Shown here: one piece after another, positions 54,747 to 64,000 of the stretch | Layout of the letters: the number at the start of each line of letters is the position of its first letter | Numbering within the stretch: the stretch's first letter is position 1 | From: Terriglobales bacterium | Lineage (GTDB): Bacteria; Acidobacteriota; Terriglobia; Terriglobales; Acidobacteriaceae | Direction: 5' to 3' | Length of the DNA stretch: 64,000 nucleotides | Assembly: GCA_050746005.1 (NCBI GenBank) | Contig: JBOGLC010000118.1 | Coordinates: forward strand, 28,465 to 92,464 | The notes under the pieces: model-generated | Databases searched by the model: none | What the model saw: only the letters and a program-made list of their open reading frames with translations | Told to the model about the DNA's origin: nothing | Position numbers and translations under genes: made by a program

Positions 54747-57700
54747 TTGACCGGCCAGGACGAGAATGTTAGTTTCGGTTTCACACGTGAATGTCCAAGG
54801 GGCATCAGTCTGAACCGGAGAGGGAAGAGAAGACCGCGTCCGGTCCATTTTATCCATACCGGGCGCGATCCGGCGGACGCCGATCTGACCGGTGGTGACC
54901 TGGCCGATTCCAGCCGCCGTGATTTTCTGATCCGCTGCTGCCAGGGAGCCGCCGTGGCGCTGGTCCCTCCGGGTTTGCGAGATCTCGCTTACCCGTTCGC
55001 CTACGACTCCGTTTCGCAAAGCCTGGCGTCATCCCCTGGTGTGTTCCATCTGCATCCCCACTATCGTGCCCAGCTGCCCATCGAGGCCACGCTGCTGAAG
55101 ACGAAAGCCGGCCTGGATATCTTCATTACAGAGAAATACCAGGACCAGATTGCCGCCATCCTTGCGGAGTGGAGCGCAGGCTTGAAGGAGTCTCCACAGA
55201 ACTTAGGGGCGGTGGAAGGAAGTCTCACCGCGGATTTTTCCGGCGCTTCGTTCCGGCCCGTTAAATCGCGGCTGGTGCGCCCCGGACCGGCAGTCGAAGG
55301 CCGGCAAAACAGATTTGCGCGCGAGCCTGCCCTCGGGCGGGAGGCTTTTGTGCGCGACTTGCGCAGCGCCATGGGTTCCTTTTCCACCATCATCACTGCT
55401 GAATTTCAGGTGACGGGGATCGATGCGGGTTCCACGCTTTATTCGGCGCTTCGTGTTCCCAGCCGTCTTCGGACCGTGGTGCGATATGAACTGGTGGGCG
55501 CAGCCAGGGATTTCTATCGCGAGCAGCGCGTGGGACAGTGGGAGCTTGAGTGGGAAGCGTCAGCTGCGGGTGAGTATCGTCTCCGCCGCTGGCAGCCGGG
55601 TGACGAGACCCAGAGCCGTTCAGCCGCCCCTGTCTTTGTCGACATCGCGGCCCAGGCTTTCGCCGGCAACGCGTCCTATTCGTCGCAGTTGCTTCGCGGA
55701 GTCGATTACTGGCGCACGGTCCTAGATGTTGCGTGCGGGATTGATATCTACGGGCACAACGGAGTTTCGATCGGCGACATTGACGACGATGGATTCGACG
55801 ATCTTTACATTTGCCAGCCGGCCGGACTTCCCAACCGGCTTTATCGCAACCGCGGTGACGGAACCTTCGAGGACATTACGGAAGCCTCCGGGGTGGGCAT
55901 ACTCGAAAATACCGTGTGCGCGCTTTTTGCCGACTTCGATAACGACGGCCGTCAGGACCTGATCGTGGTACGCACCGACGGACCTTTGTTATTTGTGAAT
56001 CAGGGCGGCGGCAAGTTTCGCCAGAAGCCCGATGCTTTCAAGTTCGCCCGGCCGCCACAGGGGACATTCACGGGCGCAGCCGTGGCTGACTATGACCGCG
56101 ACGGCTGGTTGGACATTTATTTCTGCCTCTATCTTTATTATCAGGGCACGGGCCAGTACAAATATCCCTCTCCTTATTACGACGCGGAAAACGGCCCGCC
56201 GAACTTCATGATGCGCAATCAGCGGGACGGAAGTTTTCGCGACGTCACCGCCGAGACCGGCCTCGATAAAAACAATACTCGATACAGTTTTTGCTGCGGC
56301 TGGAGCGATTACAACCGCGACGGCTGGCCCGATCTTTATGTAGTGAACGATTTTGGCCGCAAGAACCTCTACCGCAACAACGGCGACGGGACGTTTACCG
56401 ATGTCGCTGCGGCGGCGGGAGTGGAAGATGTCGGCGCCGGGATGGGCGTTTGCTGGCTTGACTACGACAACGACGGCGCCGAAGACCTCTATGTTGCCGA
56501 CATGTGGTCGGCAGCCGGCACGCGCATCTCGAGCCAGGAAATCTTTCAAAAAGAAGCACCTGAAGCAGTTCGTGCGCTCTATCGCAAACATGCGCGGGGG
56601 AACTCCCTGTTCCAGGCCAGCGGAGCGGGATTCCAGGATACCGGCGCGGCGGCGGGCGTTGAAATGGGACGCTGGGCGTGGTCCAGCGACGCCTGGGATT
56701 TTGACCATGACGGTTTTCCTGACCTTTATGTGGCCAACGGAATGGTGTCCGGTCCTTCGCGCGATGATCTGAACAGCTTTTTCTGGCGCCAGGTGGTTGC
56801 GAATTCTCCAGTCGAGGCGAAGTCTTCCCGCGATTACGAACAAGGTTGGAACGCGTTGAACGAGCTCCTTCGTTCGGATGGCACATGGAGCGGGTACGAG
56901 CGGAACGTTTTCTATGCCAACAACCGGAATGGAACGTTTTCGGATGTCTCGGGTGCCGTGGGCCTGGACTTTGCCGAAGATGGCCGGGCATTCGCTCTGG
57001 CCGACTTCAATCATGATGGCCGGCTGGAAGTATTTCTGAAGAACCGCAATGGCCCGCAGTTGCGTCTCTTGCAGAACGTATTGAACGAGCTCGCCCCGTC
57101 CATTGCTTTCCGTCTACGTGGCGGAAAGAGTAATCGGGACGCCATCGGCGCGGCGATAACGGTTGAAACCGACTCAGGCAGGCAGGTTCGCATGCTTCAG
57201 GCCGGATCCGGATTTCTTTCCCAGCACAGCAAGGAAGTATTTTTCGGCCTGGGAGAGGCGAAGGGTCCGGTGCGGGCATCGATACGTTGGCCCAGCGGCC
57301 TGGTGCAGGAGCTCCACGACCTTCCGTTGAACCATCGGATATGGGTCGACGAGGGTTCCCCGCCATCGCGAATGGAGGCTTTCAAAGTGAGCCCTCGTCG
57401 GCCAAAGGCCTTACCGGTGGCGGCTCGCGGCGGAGCGGCCGACAAGGTAGCTCTGACAGCCACCGGGTCGCAAGAAGCCGAGTTGCTTCCTCGCTCGGTT
57501 GAGACCTGGCTGATCGTGCCCGTGGCTGCGCCGGATTTTTCTCTTCCTGACCTGAACGGTCAGACTCGGAAGCTGGCGTCGCTTCGCGGCAAGCCTGTGT
57601 TGCTCAATTTCTGGCTCGCGGAATCGCCCGGCTGCCAGCAAGACTTCAGAGTCTTCAGCCGGGCACACTCGCGTTGGGCTGCTCTGGGACTTCAACTGCT

Positions 57701-58787
57701 TACCGTGAATGTCGATGCTCCTGCGGATGCCGGAAAAATCAGGGCGCTTAATAGTCGGAACCACTTTTCGTTTCCCATCCTTCAGGGGTCGGACGATCTG
57801 GCCGGCATTTATAGCATTCTGTATCGTTATCTGTTCGACCGCCACCGCGACCTGAGCCTTCCAACCTCGTTTCTGATTGACTCCGCCGGCGACATCGTCA
57901 AAATTTATCAGGGACCGGTCAATCCGGAACACGTCGAGCGGGATTTCCGGCAGATTCCCCAAAACGCAGCGGAGAGATTGTCCAAAGCCCTGCCATTTCC
58001 CGGCGTCAGCGATGCCGTGGAATTTCGTCGCAACTATCTCAGCTACGGCTCGGTGTACTTCGAGCGAGGATATCTGGACCAGGCCGAAGCGTCATTCCGG
58101 CTCGCCCTGCGCGACGATCCTGCGAGCGCCGAGGCGCTCTATGGCATAGGCAGCGTTTACCTGAAGCAGGACAAGAACCGCGAGGCACAAGAGAGCTTCG
58201 AACGTGCGACCAGACTTGAAGCCAGTTATCCCGACACTCTGGCCAACGCCTGGAACAATCTCGGCCTGCTGGCTACGCGAGAGGGGCGCACCGCGGAGGC
58301 GATTCCGTATTTCCAGGAGGCGCTCAAACAGAATCCCGACCACGTGATCGCGCTCGAGAACCTGGGCAACGCGTATCGGCAGCAGAAGAATTGGGAAGAA
58401 GCCCGCAAAGCGCTGGGACACGCGGTGACCGTGAGCCCGCTGGACCCCGAAGCGAACTACAGTCTGGGAATGGTGTTCGCGCAACTCAACGACACCGGCA
58501 AGGCCTACGAGTATTTGCAGCGAGCGTTGAAGGCTCGTCCGGATTATCCCGAAGCTCTGAACAATCTGGGTGTGCTTTACCTGCGCACCGGACGGAAGGA
58601 CGAGGCGGTGGCAAGTTTCGAAGAGTGCATTCGGGTTGCGCCCGCTTTCGATCAGTCCTACATGAATCTGGCCCGCGTCTACGCTTTGGACGGCGCGCGG
58701 GAGAAGGCAAGGGATGTTTTACTCCAACTTCTTAAGCAGCATCCGGAACATCCGCAGGCACGGCAGGCGCTTGAGCAACTGCAGTGA
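54747..58787 (+). CDS. CRTAC1/ASPIC-type FG-GAP (VCBS) repeat protein fused to a thioredoxin-fold (redoxin) domain and TPR repeats
   Basis: Tat-like 'SRRDFLIRCCQGAAVALVP'. Seven 'D.D.DG..DL' repeats. UnbV/ASPIC 'NRDAIGAAITVETDSGRQVRMLQAGSGFLSQHS'. Redoxin 'PDFSLPDLNGQTRKLASLRGKPVLLNFWLAESPGC'. C-terminal TPRs. The only in-frame start upstream of the RR motif is TTG 54747. Confidence 0.8.
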   Translation: MTGQDENVSFGFTRECPRGISLNRRGKRRPRPVHFIHTGRDPADADLTGGDLADSSRRDFLIRCCQGAAVALVPPGLRDLAYPFAYDSVSQSLASSPGVFHLHPHYRAQLPIEATLLKTKAGLDIFITEKYQDQIAAILAEWSAGLKESPQNLGAVEGSLTADFSGASFRPVKSRLVRPGPAVEGRQNRFAREPALGREAFVRDLRSAMGSFSTIITAEFQVTGIDAGSTLYSALRVPSRLRTVVRYELVGAARDFYREQRVGQWELEWEASAAGEYRLRRWQPGDETQSRSAAPVFVDIAAQAFAGNASYSSQLLRGVDYWRTVLDVACGIDIYGHNGVSIGDIDDDGFDDLYICQPAGLPNRLYRNRGDGTFEDITEASGVGILENTVCALFADFDNDGRQDLIVVRTDGPLLFVNQGGGKFRQKPDAFKFARPPQGTFTGAAVADYDRDGWLDIYFCLYLYYQGTGQYKYPSPYYDAENGPPNFMMRNQRDGSFRDVTAETGLDKNNTRYSFCCGWSDYNRDGWPDLYVVNDFGRKNLYRNNGDGTFTDVAAAAGVEDVGAGMGVCWLDYDNDGAEDLYVADMWSAAGTRISSQEIFQKEAPEAVRALYRKHARGNSLFQASGAGFQDTGAAAGVEMGRWAWSSDAWDFDHDGFPDLYVANGMVSGPSRDDLNSFFWRQVVANSPVEAKSSRDYEQGWNALNELLRSDGTWSGYERNVFYANNRNGTFSDVSGAVGLDFAEDGRAFALADFNHDGRLEVFLKNRNGPQLRLLQNVLNELAPSIAFRLRGGKSNRDAIGAAITVETDSGRQVRMLQAGSGFLSQHSKEVFFGLGEAKGPVRASIRWPSGLVQELHDLPLNHRIWVDEGSPPSRMEAFKVSPRRPKALPVAARGGAADKVALTATGSQEAELLPRSVETWLIVPVAAPDFSLPDLNGQTRKLASLRGKPVLLNFWLAESPGCQQDFRVFSRAHSRWAALGLQLLTVNVDAPADAGKIRALNSRNHFSFPILQGSDDLAGIYSILYRYLFDRHRDLSLPTSFLIDSAGDIVKIYQGPVNPEHVERDFRQIPQNAAERLSKALPFPGVSDAVEFRRNYLSYGSVYFERGYLDQAEASFRLALRDDPASAEALYGIGSVYLKQDKNREAQESFERATRLEASYPDTLANAWNNLGLLATREGRTAEAIPYFQEALKQNPDHVIALENLGNAYRQQKNWEEARKALGHAVTVSPLDPEANYSLGMVFAQLNDTGKAYEYLQRALKARPDYPEALNNLGVLYLRTGRKDEAVASFEECIRVAPAFDQSYMNLARVYALDGAREKARDVLLQLLKQHPEHPQARQALEQLQ

Positions 58788-58877
58788 TGGAGGACGGGCG
58801 TCCTGCATGTCCAACCGGGCGGGCGCATCCGGCCGCCATCTCAAGTTTTTATTCTCTATTCTCGATCGCGACCGCAT

Positions 58878-59951
58878 TTAGGGCTTCGGGGTGGGCGCGG
58901 TGAGCAGGTCCACGAACATCTTGTAAAACCTTTCAGTGTCCACGTCGTCCTGCACTTCGACGGCCTGGACATCGATCTTTGGTTTGTCTTGATCGGTCCA
59001 GGTGAGCATGTTGCCGTAGCCGGCACCGCGGCCCAGATCCACATCCAGGAAGCGAGTTTCTTTTTTGGTGATCAAGCTGGGGTCGAGCCACGCCGCCGCC
59101 GCCAGTTCATCCCACAGATAGTTGTATTCACCAAACAGGCGTGCGTATTTCCCGATGTATTGCGCTGAGGGCGTATTCCCGGCCTTGATCTGATTGATCA
59201 GCCCGGTAGTCATTCTCGTTTTTACCGAAACATCCACCGGGGTGCAGATGATTTTCTTCCAGGGCGCGCGCAAGACGATGTGCGCGGCCTCCGGATCGAA
59301 CCAGATGTTGAACTCATGGCGGGGAGTATCGATGAACTCGGGGTCGGTGGTTTGGGGATTGAAGCTGGCGCCCATAAAAACCAGTTCCCTGGCCAGGGTT
59401 GCGAACTCGGGGTCGATGGAAATCGCCAGGGCCAGATTGGTCATGGGGCCGCCCGCGTAGATCGTCACCTGATGGGGAAACTTGCGGACCATGCGTATCA
59501 GAAAATGCGGCGCGTCCTCGTCGAGCGCCTTGGTGCTGGGCTTGCCTTCCGGCATGTCTCCCAACTGGTCCGGCGGGTGATAAAACCTCGGCGTCCAGGC
59601 GCCCAGCCAGGCGATCGAGCCATAACGCTGCTGCCAGAGTTCGGTCTGTTCTTTCCGGCGGACCAGCGGATATTCGGCTCCGGGAACCACGGGAATATCG
59701 GTGCGACCGATGAGTTCGAGCATGCGCAACGTATGAGCCACCTCCGACTTAAGCCAGGCGTCGCCGGTCACGACAGTGATGCCAAGCACATCGGTTTGCG
59801 GAGACTGGATCAGCAGCAGAATGGATTGCTGATCGGTTCCACCGGGGCCGGCAGCGTCCTGATCGATGATGATCTTGCGTTTTTGCTGGCCCCAGCACGT
59901 GAGGCATGTCACCAGCATCGCTGCGACAATCCAGATTCGGCCGAATTTCAT
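58878..59951 (-). CDS. exported nucleoside-hydrolase-fold protein, divergent N-terminal motif (paralog a)
   Basis: Signal peptide 'IWIVAAMLVTCLTCWGQ'. 'KIIIDQDAAGPGGTDQQSILLLIQ' replaces the canonical DTDPGxDD. The rest is collinear with the IUNH fold ('GPMTNLALA'). Confidence 0.7.
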   Translation of the reverse strand: MKFGRIWIVAAMLVTCLTCWGQQKRKIIIDQDAAGPGGTDQQSILLLIQSPQTDVLGITVVTGDAWLKSEVAHTLRMLELIGRTDIPVVPGAEYPLVRRKEQTELWQQRYGSIAWLGAWTPRFYHPPDQLGDMPEGKPSTKALDEDAPHFLIRMVRKFPHQVTIYAGGPMTNLALAISIDPEFATLARELVFMGASFNPQTTDPEFIDTPRHEFNIWFDPEAAHIVLRAPWKKIICTPVDVSVKTRMTTGLINQIKAGNTPSAQYIGKYARLFGEYNYLWDELAAAAWLDPSLITKKETRFLDVDLGRGAGYGNMLTWTDQDKPKIDVQAVEVQDDVDTERFYKMFVDLLTAPTPKP

Positions 59952-60030
59952 TATTCACCTCGGAGTTTGCAACGCTTCCAGAGTAACGGTTGCCGGGCTC
60001 ATCCCGGCGGGCTGGTGAGAACACCTGCCC

Positions 60031-61230
60031 CTACGTTGATGCGGACAAACGTCCGATCAGCAGATTGAAGAACCTTGCGGAATCCACGTCCACCGCGACT
60101 TTGGCGTTGGGTACGAATTTGTCTCGCAAGACCGGGGACGTTCTGGTACTGGCAAGTGTCGGCGCCGATCCGCGAATCGACATATTCATGCCTGCCGCCT
60201 GCTTTTCCATTTCCGGCTTTCGGCGCAAGTCGCCGGTGCTTGGACTGTAGCCCAGAGTCTCTCCCGCGGTCAGTTCGCCGGTCGTCTCGACATCGACGTA
60301 ATAATCCTTGAACGTCAGAATCGAGGGATCGAGAAACGCGGCGACGGCCAGCGAGTCGTGCATATTCGGTCCAACCAGAAAGCCCTGCTCGCGGTTGTGG
60401 TTGATGGCATTGCGGCCGATCTTCGCGGCGGCCTGGCTGACGGGATTATGCGCCGCCTCGAGCGTGCGCACGTGGTCTTCGGTGAGCGAAGTCTTGCGGG
60501 TGGCGTCGAGGCCGACCATGGTAATGGGAATGCCGGATTGAAAGACGATGCGGGCCGCCTCGGGATCGACGTAAATGTTGAACTCGGCGGCGGGCGTGAT
60601 GTTTCCGCCGGACAGCGACCCGCCCATCAGCACGATCCCACGCACCATGGCGGCGAGCTCTGCATCGAGCTTCAGAGCGGTCGCAATGTTGGTCAGCGGG
60701 CCAATGGGGATCAGGGTGACTTCACCGGGATACTTGCGAATGATCTGACGAATGAATTCCGCGGCGGGCTGGGCGATAGGTTTGATTTTCGGCTCCGGAA
60801 AAACTGCGCCACCGAGTCCGTTCTCGCCGTGCGCGTAAGCTGCGGTGACCAGACGGCGCAGCAGAGGCACTTTGGCGCCGGCAGCAACCGGGATATCGGT
60901 TCGGCCTGATATTTCCACCATGCGCAGGGCGTTGGGAAGCGTGAGCTCCAGCGGGACGTTTCCTGCGACCGGGGTTATGCCCTCAATCTTCAACTCCGGC
61001 GAGCGCATGGCCAGCAGCAGAGCCAAAGCGTCATCGACGCCGGGGTCGGTGTCGATGATCACGCGGAAGGGGCCGTGATCGCTTCTCTGTCCCGACTGTT
61101 CCAGCTCGGCCATCGCGGCAGCTTGGGCAAATGGAGCGGAAGCCCCTGCCAGGCTGCTCGCAGCCATGGCTGCGGCCGAGGTAGTCACGAACTGGCGGCG
61201 GGTCACACGAAAATGCGGTTGCGAATCCAT
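60031..61230 (-). CDS. Tat-signal nucleoside hydrolase (canonical IUNH motif)
   Basis: 'RVTRRQFVTTSAAAMAASSLAGASA' twin-Arg signal, 'VIIDTDPGVDDALALLLA' and 'GPLTNIATAL'. Confidence 0.8.
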   Translation of the reverse strand: MDSQPHFRVTRRQFVTTSAAAMAASSLAGASAPFAQAAAMAELEQSGQRSDHGPFRVIIDTDPGVDDALALLLAMRSPELKIEGITPVAGNVPLELTLPNALRMVEISGRTDIPVAAGAKVPLLRRLVTAAYAHGENGLGGAVFPEPKIKPIAQPAAEFIRQIIRKYPGEVTLIPIGPLTNIATALKLDAELAAMVRGIVLMGGSLSGGNITPAAEFNIYVDPEAARIVFQSGIPITMVGLDATRKTSLTEDHVRTLEAAHNPVSQAAAKIGRNAINHNREQGFLVGPNMHDSLAVAAFLDPSILTFKDYYVDVETTGELTAGETLGYSPSTGDLRRKPEMEKQAAGMNMSIRGSAPTLASTRTSPVLRDKFVPNAKVAVDVDSARFFNLLIGRLSAST

Positions 61231-61254
61231 GTCGTCTGCTCCGTGGAGAATTTG

Positions 61255-62361
61255 CTAGTGCACTTGCCGGGGTGGCTGGGTCATCAGCCTGATATAGAGA
61301 TCGTACAGTTTTGCGGTGTCCACATCGAACTGTACAGTGGCCTTCCTTTCATAAGGAGGGAGCTCTGTTCCTGGCGCCCAGAACAGGGTTTCGCCGTAAC
61401 TCGGTCCGTGATCGACGTCAATGTCCACGTAAAGTTCTTTCTGCCCGGTAATGATGGAGGGATCGATCATGGCTGCTGCGGAGAGCTCGTCCCACATAAA
61501 GCTTTCGACGGCGTACGCGGTGAGATAGCGAGCCACTGGAGTATCCGCTTTGGCGATGGCCGCCTTGACCGCCGGATTCACCGTGGTCTTGACTGAAATG
61601 TCGATGGGCGTGATAGTGATCTTTTTCCAGGGCCCGCGCATGACGATGCGCACCGCCTCAGGGTCGAACCACCAGTTGAACTCGCGGCGGCCGTCGATGC
61701 TGTTGATCCCGCCGTTGTTGGCATACATGCCGCTGCCCATCAGGACCAGTTCCTTGGCCAGGGTCGCCACCTCGGGGTCGAGGCGCAGAGCCAGTGCGAT
61801 ATTGGTCATGGGGCCGCCGGCCCAGATCACTACTTCGCCGGGATACTGGCGTACCATGCGAACGATAAAATGCGCGGCGGTTTCATCCAGGGGCCTGGTA
61901 TGAGGCGTGCCCTCGACCAGCGGGGGAACGACGTCGGGGTCGTGATAGCCGGCGCGAAAGGCCGGCGGCGTGTTTGCGGGACGCTTGGAAAAATCGCTCC
62001 AGCAGCCCTTGTAACGGAACTTACCGTAGAGTGCCTCCCAGCGCTCGCTCTCTTCTTTGGAGTTCAGCAGAGGAAACTCTGCGCCCTGCACGACCGGAAC
62101 GTCGGTTCGGCCGGCGATTTCCAGCAACCGCAGGGTGCGCTGGGTTTCTTCCTTTACCCACTGGTCGCCGCTCACCGTGGTGATGCCCAGCACGTCGAAC
62201 TTGTCCGACTGCAGAAAAATGAGTATCGATTGCATGTCGGTGGTGGCGGGGCCGCGGGCGTCCTGATCGACGATAACCTTGATTTTTTGCGCCTGCAGGC
62301 CGGCAGCAGTAGCCAGAATCAGAAAAACATCCAGCAGGACCACGAAGCTTCGTGGCTTCAT
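61255..62361 (-). CDS. exported nucleoside-hydrolase-fold protein, divergent motif (paralog b)
   Basis: Signal peptide 'FVVLLDVFLILATAAGLQAQ'. 'KVIVDQDARGPATTDMQSILIFLQ'. Clearly paralogous to 58878-59951. Trimmed to ATG 62361 because the track extension is REP sequence. Confidence 0.7.
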   Translation of the reverse strand: MKPRSFVVLLDVFLILATAAGLQAQKIKVIVDQDARGPATTDMQSILIFLQSDKFDVLGITTVSGDQWVKEETQRTLRLLEIAGRTDVPVVQGAEFPLLNSKEESERWEALYGKFRYKGCWSDFSKRPANTPPAFRAGYHDPDVVPPLVEGTPHTRPLDETAAHFIVRMVRQYPGEVVIWAGGPMTNIALALRLDPEVATLAKELVLMGSGMYANNGGINSIDGRREFNWWFDPEAVRIVMRGPWKKITITPIDISVKTTVNPAVKAAIAKADTPVARYLTAYAVESFMWDELSAAAMIDPSIITGQKELYVDIDVDHGPSYGETLFWAPGTELPPYERKATVQFDVDTAKLYDLYIRLMTQPPRQVH

Positions 62362-62550
62362 GTGAAGTCCCCCTCGGTCTTCTTGAGTTTGTAATCTTGC
62401 TTGCTGGATTGACTGGAAGACAGCACTGAGTTTCCAACGACCCGGCCGGAAGAACCTGCATTTTAATGCTTGCTTGGAGACTCCGCCAGCTTTTTGAGTC
62501 GGGTTGCCCGGGGTGGATGCATTTTGTGAGCGTTGCCATTCAGCGGGGGC

Positions 62551-62687
62551 GTCATGCTGAGCTTGCGAAGCATCTGGCGTGTAGTGGATAGGAAGAAGGG
62601 CAGCCACTGCGCAGCTGCGCGCAATATCCATCGGGACTAAAGTCTCTCAGGATGACACCTCTAGAAGTTGCTTTTCAAATTCAGCCA
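62551..62687. repeat. REP cluster: family C unit (62551-62582, +) and partial family A' unit with extension (62633-62687, -)
   Basis: GTCATGCTGAGCTTGCGAAGCATCTGGCGTGT matches 34439-34470 almost exactly. GGGACTAAAGTCTCTCAGGATGACAC...GAAGTTGCTTTTCAAATTCAGCC mirrors 38639-38712. Confidence 0.8.
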
Positions 62688-62783
62688 CTGCCTGGATTGC
62701 CCAGTCCGATTGCGGACGGAGACAGCAGCGGCTAGAATGATGACCGCACGCAGGATTTTTCTTCTTTGATCTCCCTCTTGTTT

Positions 62784-64000
62784 ATGGGCCGCTTCCGCCG
62801 CGCCGCACGTCAATCCGTTTTTTGGGGAGACGGTGTCGCGATTTGTATTCTAGGGCTAGCATTTCTCTTTTCACCGATGATTCAGGCCCTGGCTCAGGAC
62901 GCCGGCGGGGCGTCCACGTTGCAGGGATCGGTGCGCGACTCAACTGGCCATCCGGTGGCCGGCGCAACCGTATATCTACACTTAAAGGATGGCACGCAGA
63001 CGCTGTCCGCACTCTCGGACTCAGCGGGCGCCTATCGATTTTCAGGGCTTGGCGAAGGCATTTACGTGCTGCGCGTGGAGGCGGCGGCCAATAGTCACTC
63101 CAATTTCGGTCCGTGCGCGTTGGGACCAAGGGAAACCAGGAAACTGGATCTGACGATCGAGTCTCCAAAAGCTTCACCATCTGCTTCGACGGGCAAAGCG
63201 GACGGAGAATCGCCCGAGTTTTTCGACGAGCCCCAATTCACCGTGGCCGGGGTCACCGACGGGACCAATCTTGGCGGTCATGGTTCGAACACCGTGGTAC
63301 GAACCAAACAATCTCTGGCTAAGGATGTTGCCTCTCTCAGCAGTATTGGGGAAAAGTCAGGCGATCCGCTTGACGCGGTGCGGGAATACCAGCGCGCGGC
63401 GGAGTTGAAGCCCAACGAATCCAACTACTTCGATTGGGGAGCTGAGCTGCTGCTGCATCGCGCGGTTGAGCCTGCCATCGAAGTATTCGGCAAGGGGAAT
63501 CGCCTGTTCCCGCGATCGGCACGGATGCTGGTCGCGCTGGGCGTGGCGTTGTACAGCAACGGCGCCTACGATCAGGCCGCGCAACGTCTCTGCGAGGCCT
63601 CAGATCTGAACCCTGACGACGCCAGTCCGTACCTTTTTTTGGGCAGGATAGAGGGCGTCGAAAGTACGCAGTCCGAATGCTCCACCATGCGGCTGGCGCG
63701 ATTTACGAAGCTTCAGCCCGAAAATGCGCTGGCCAACTACTACTACGGCGTAAACCTCTGGAAGCGGCGGAAGGGGCCGGACGACGCGGAAAGTTGGGCA
63801 CAAGCCGAACTCCTGCTGAAAAAATCAGTCGAGCTCGACTCCAGGCTGGCGGTCGGCTATCTGCAATTAGGCGTTCTCTATTCCGAGCGAAGGGATTTCT
63901 CCCGCGCGATTTCCAGCTATCAGGACGCAATCAGGGCCAATCCTCAACTGGAGGAAGCGCACTACCGTCTGGCTCAGGCTTACAAGCGGACCGGCGAAAA
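62784..64000 (+). CDS. CarboxypepD_reg-like domain + TPR protein, 3' end outside window (not in supplied ORF track)
   Basis: My own translation from ATG 62784 is open to the window end: MGRFRRAARQSVFWGDGVAICILGLAFLFSPMIQALAQ (signal), 'LQGSVRDSTGHPVAGATVYLHLKDGTQTLSALSDSAGAYRFSGLGEGIYVLRV' (carboxypeptidase-regulatory-like), then TPR-like 'YYYGVNLWKRR...LGVLYSERRDFSRAISSYQDAIRANP'. Confidence 0.75.
   Translation, partial: MGRFRRAARQSVFWGDGVAICILGLAFLFSPMIQALAQDAGGASTLQGSVRDSTGHPVAGATVYLHLKDGTQTLSALSDSAGAYRFSGLGEGIYVLRVEAAANSHSNFGPCALGPRETRKLDLTIESPKASPSASTGKADGESPEFFDEPQFTVAGVTDGTNLGGHGSNTVVRTKQSLAKDVASLSSIGEKSGDPLDAVREYQRAAELKPNESNYFDWGAELLLHRAVEPAIEVFGKGNRLFPRSARMLVALGVALYSNGAYDQAAQRLCEASDLNPDDASPYLFLGRIEGVESTQSECSTMRLARFTKLQPENALANYYYGVNLWKRRKGPDDAESWAQAELLLKKSVELDSRLAVGYLQLGVLYSERRDFSRAISSYQDAIRANPQLEEAHYRLAQAYKRTGE

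Noticed and set aside
1-64000. Search for mobile elements, prophage, defence systems, toxin-antitoxin pairs, rRNA/tRNA genes and riboswitches.
   Set aside because: No transposase, integrase, recombinase, cas or restriction-like translations appear in any frame of the track. No tRNA-like T-arm or acceptor pattern is visible in the larger intergenic regions I read (9962-10232, 23564-23847, 47599-47757, 51836-52098). Nothing could be supported.

Overview
High-GC bacterial chromosomal segment. The gene content and the families of short palindromic intergenic repeats suggest Acidobacteriota, but that is inference only. I support about 50 protein-coding genes and found no rRNA, tRNA, CRISPR array, transposase, integrase or prophage. 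Left to right: a minor-pilin operon (FimT/GspH, PilV, PilW, oversized PilX-like); a membrane zinc-finger protein and a receiver-PilZ-PilZ protein; ugd plus UDP-xylose synthase; an MFS transporter; a secreted-protein/YtrA-type GntR/ABC module; a GAF-TonB fusion; proC; lhgO; a 1402-aa BNR/Ig-like exported protein; an FAH-family enzyme; two inverted discoidin/glycosidase paralogs flanking a cydA-cydB-tauE-DUF1634 operon and a CE4 deacetylase. Next comes the most unusual part (34.6-44.9 kb). It is a set of divergent operons in which every product carries a Sec or Tat signal although most belong to normally cytoplasmic families: SMP-30 lactonase, dihaem cytochrome c, two RidA, two RraA/aldolase-like, a PQQ propeller and a SelA/DgaE-like PLP enzyme, next to an ACS-type MFS transporter. 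After that: an MBL hydrolase, rpsA, an esterase, a TPR protein, a ferritin-like di-iron protein, a ribokinase/DUF4440/RhaT-like operon, a CRTAC1/ASPIC-redoxin-TPR giant, three tandem exported nucleoside-hydrolase paralogs, and a 3'-truncated CarboxypepD_reg+TPR gene that the ORF track misses. At least three REP-like repeat families populate intergenic regions, including a 351/393-bp tandem duplication. All family calls rest on motif recognition by eye; no searches were run.
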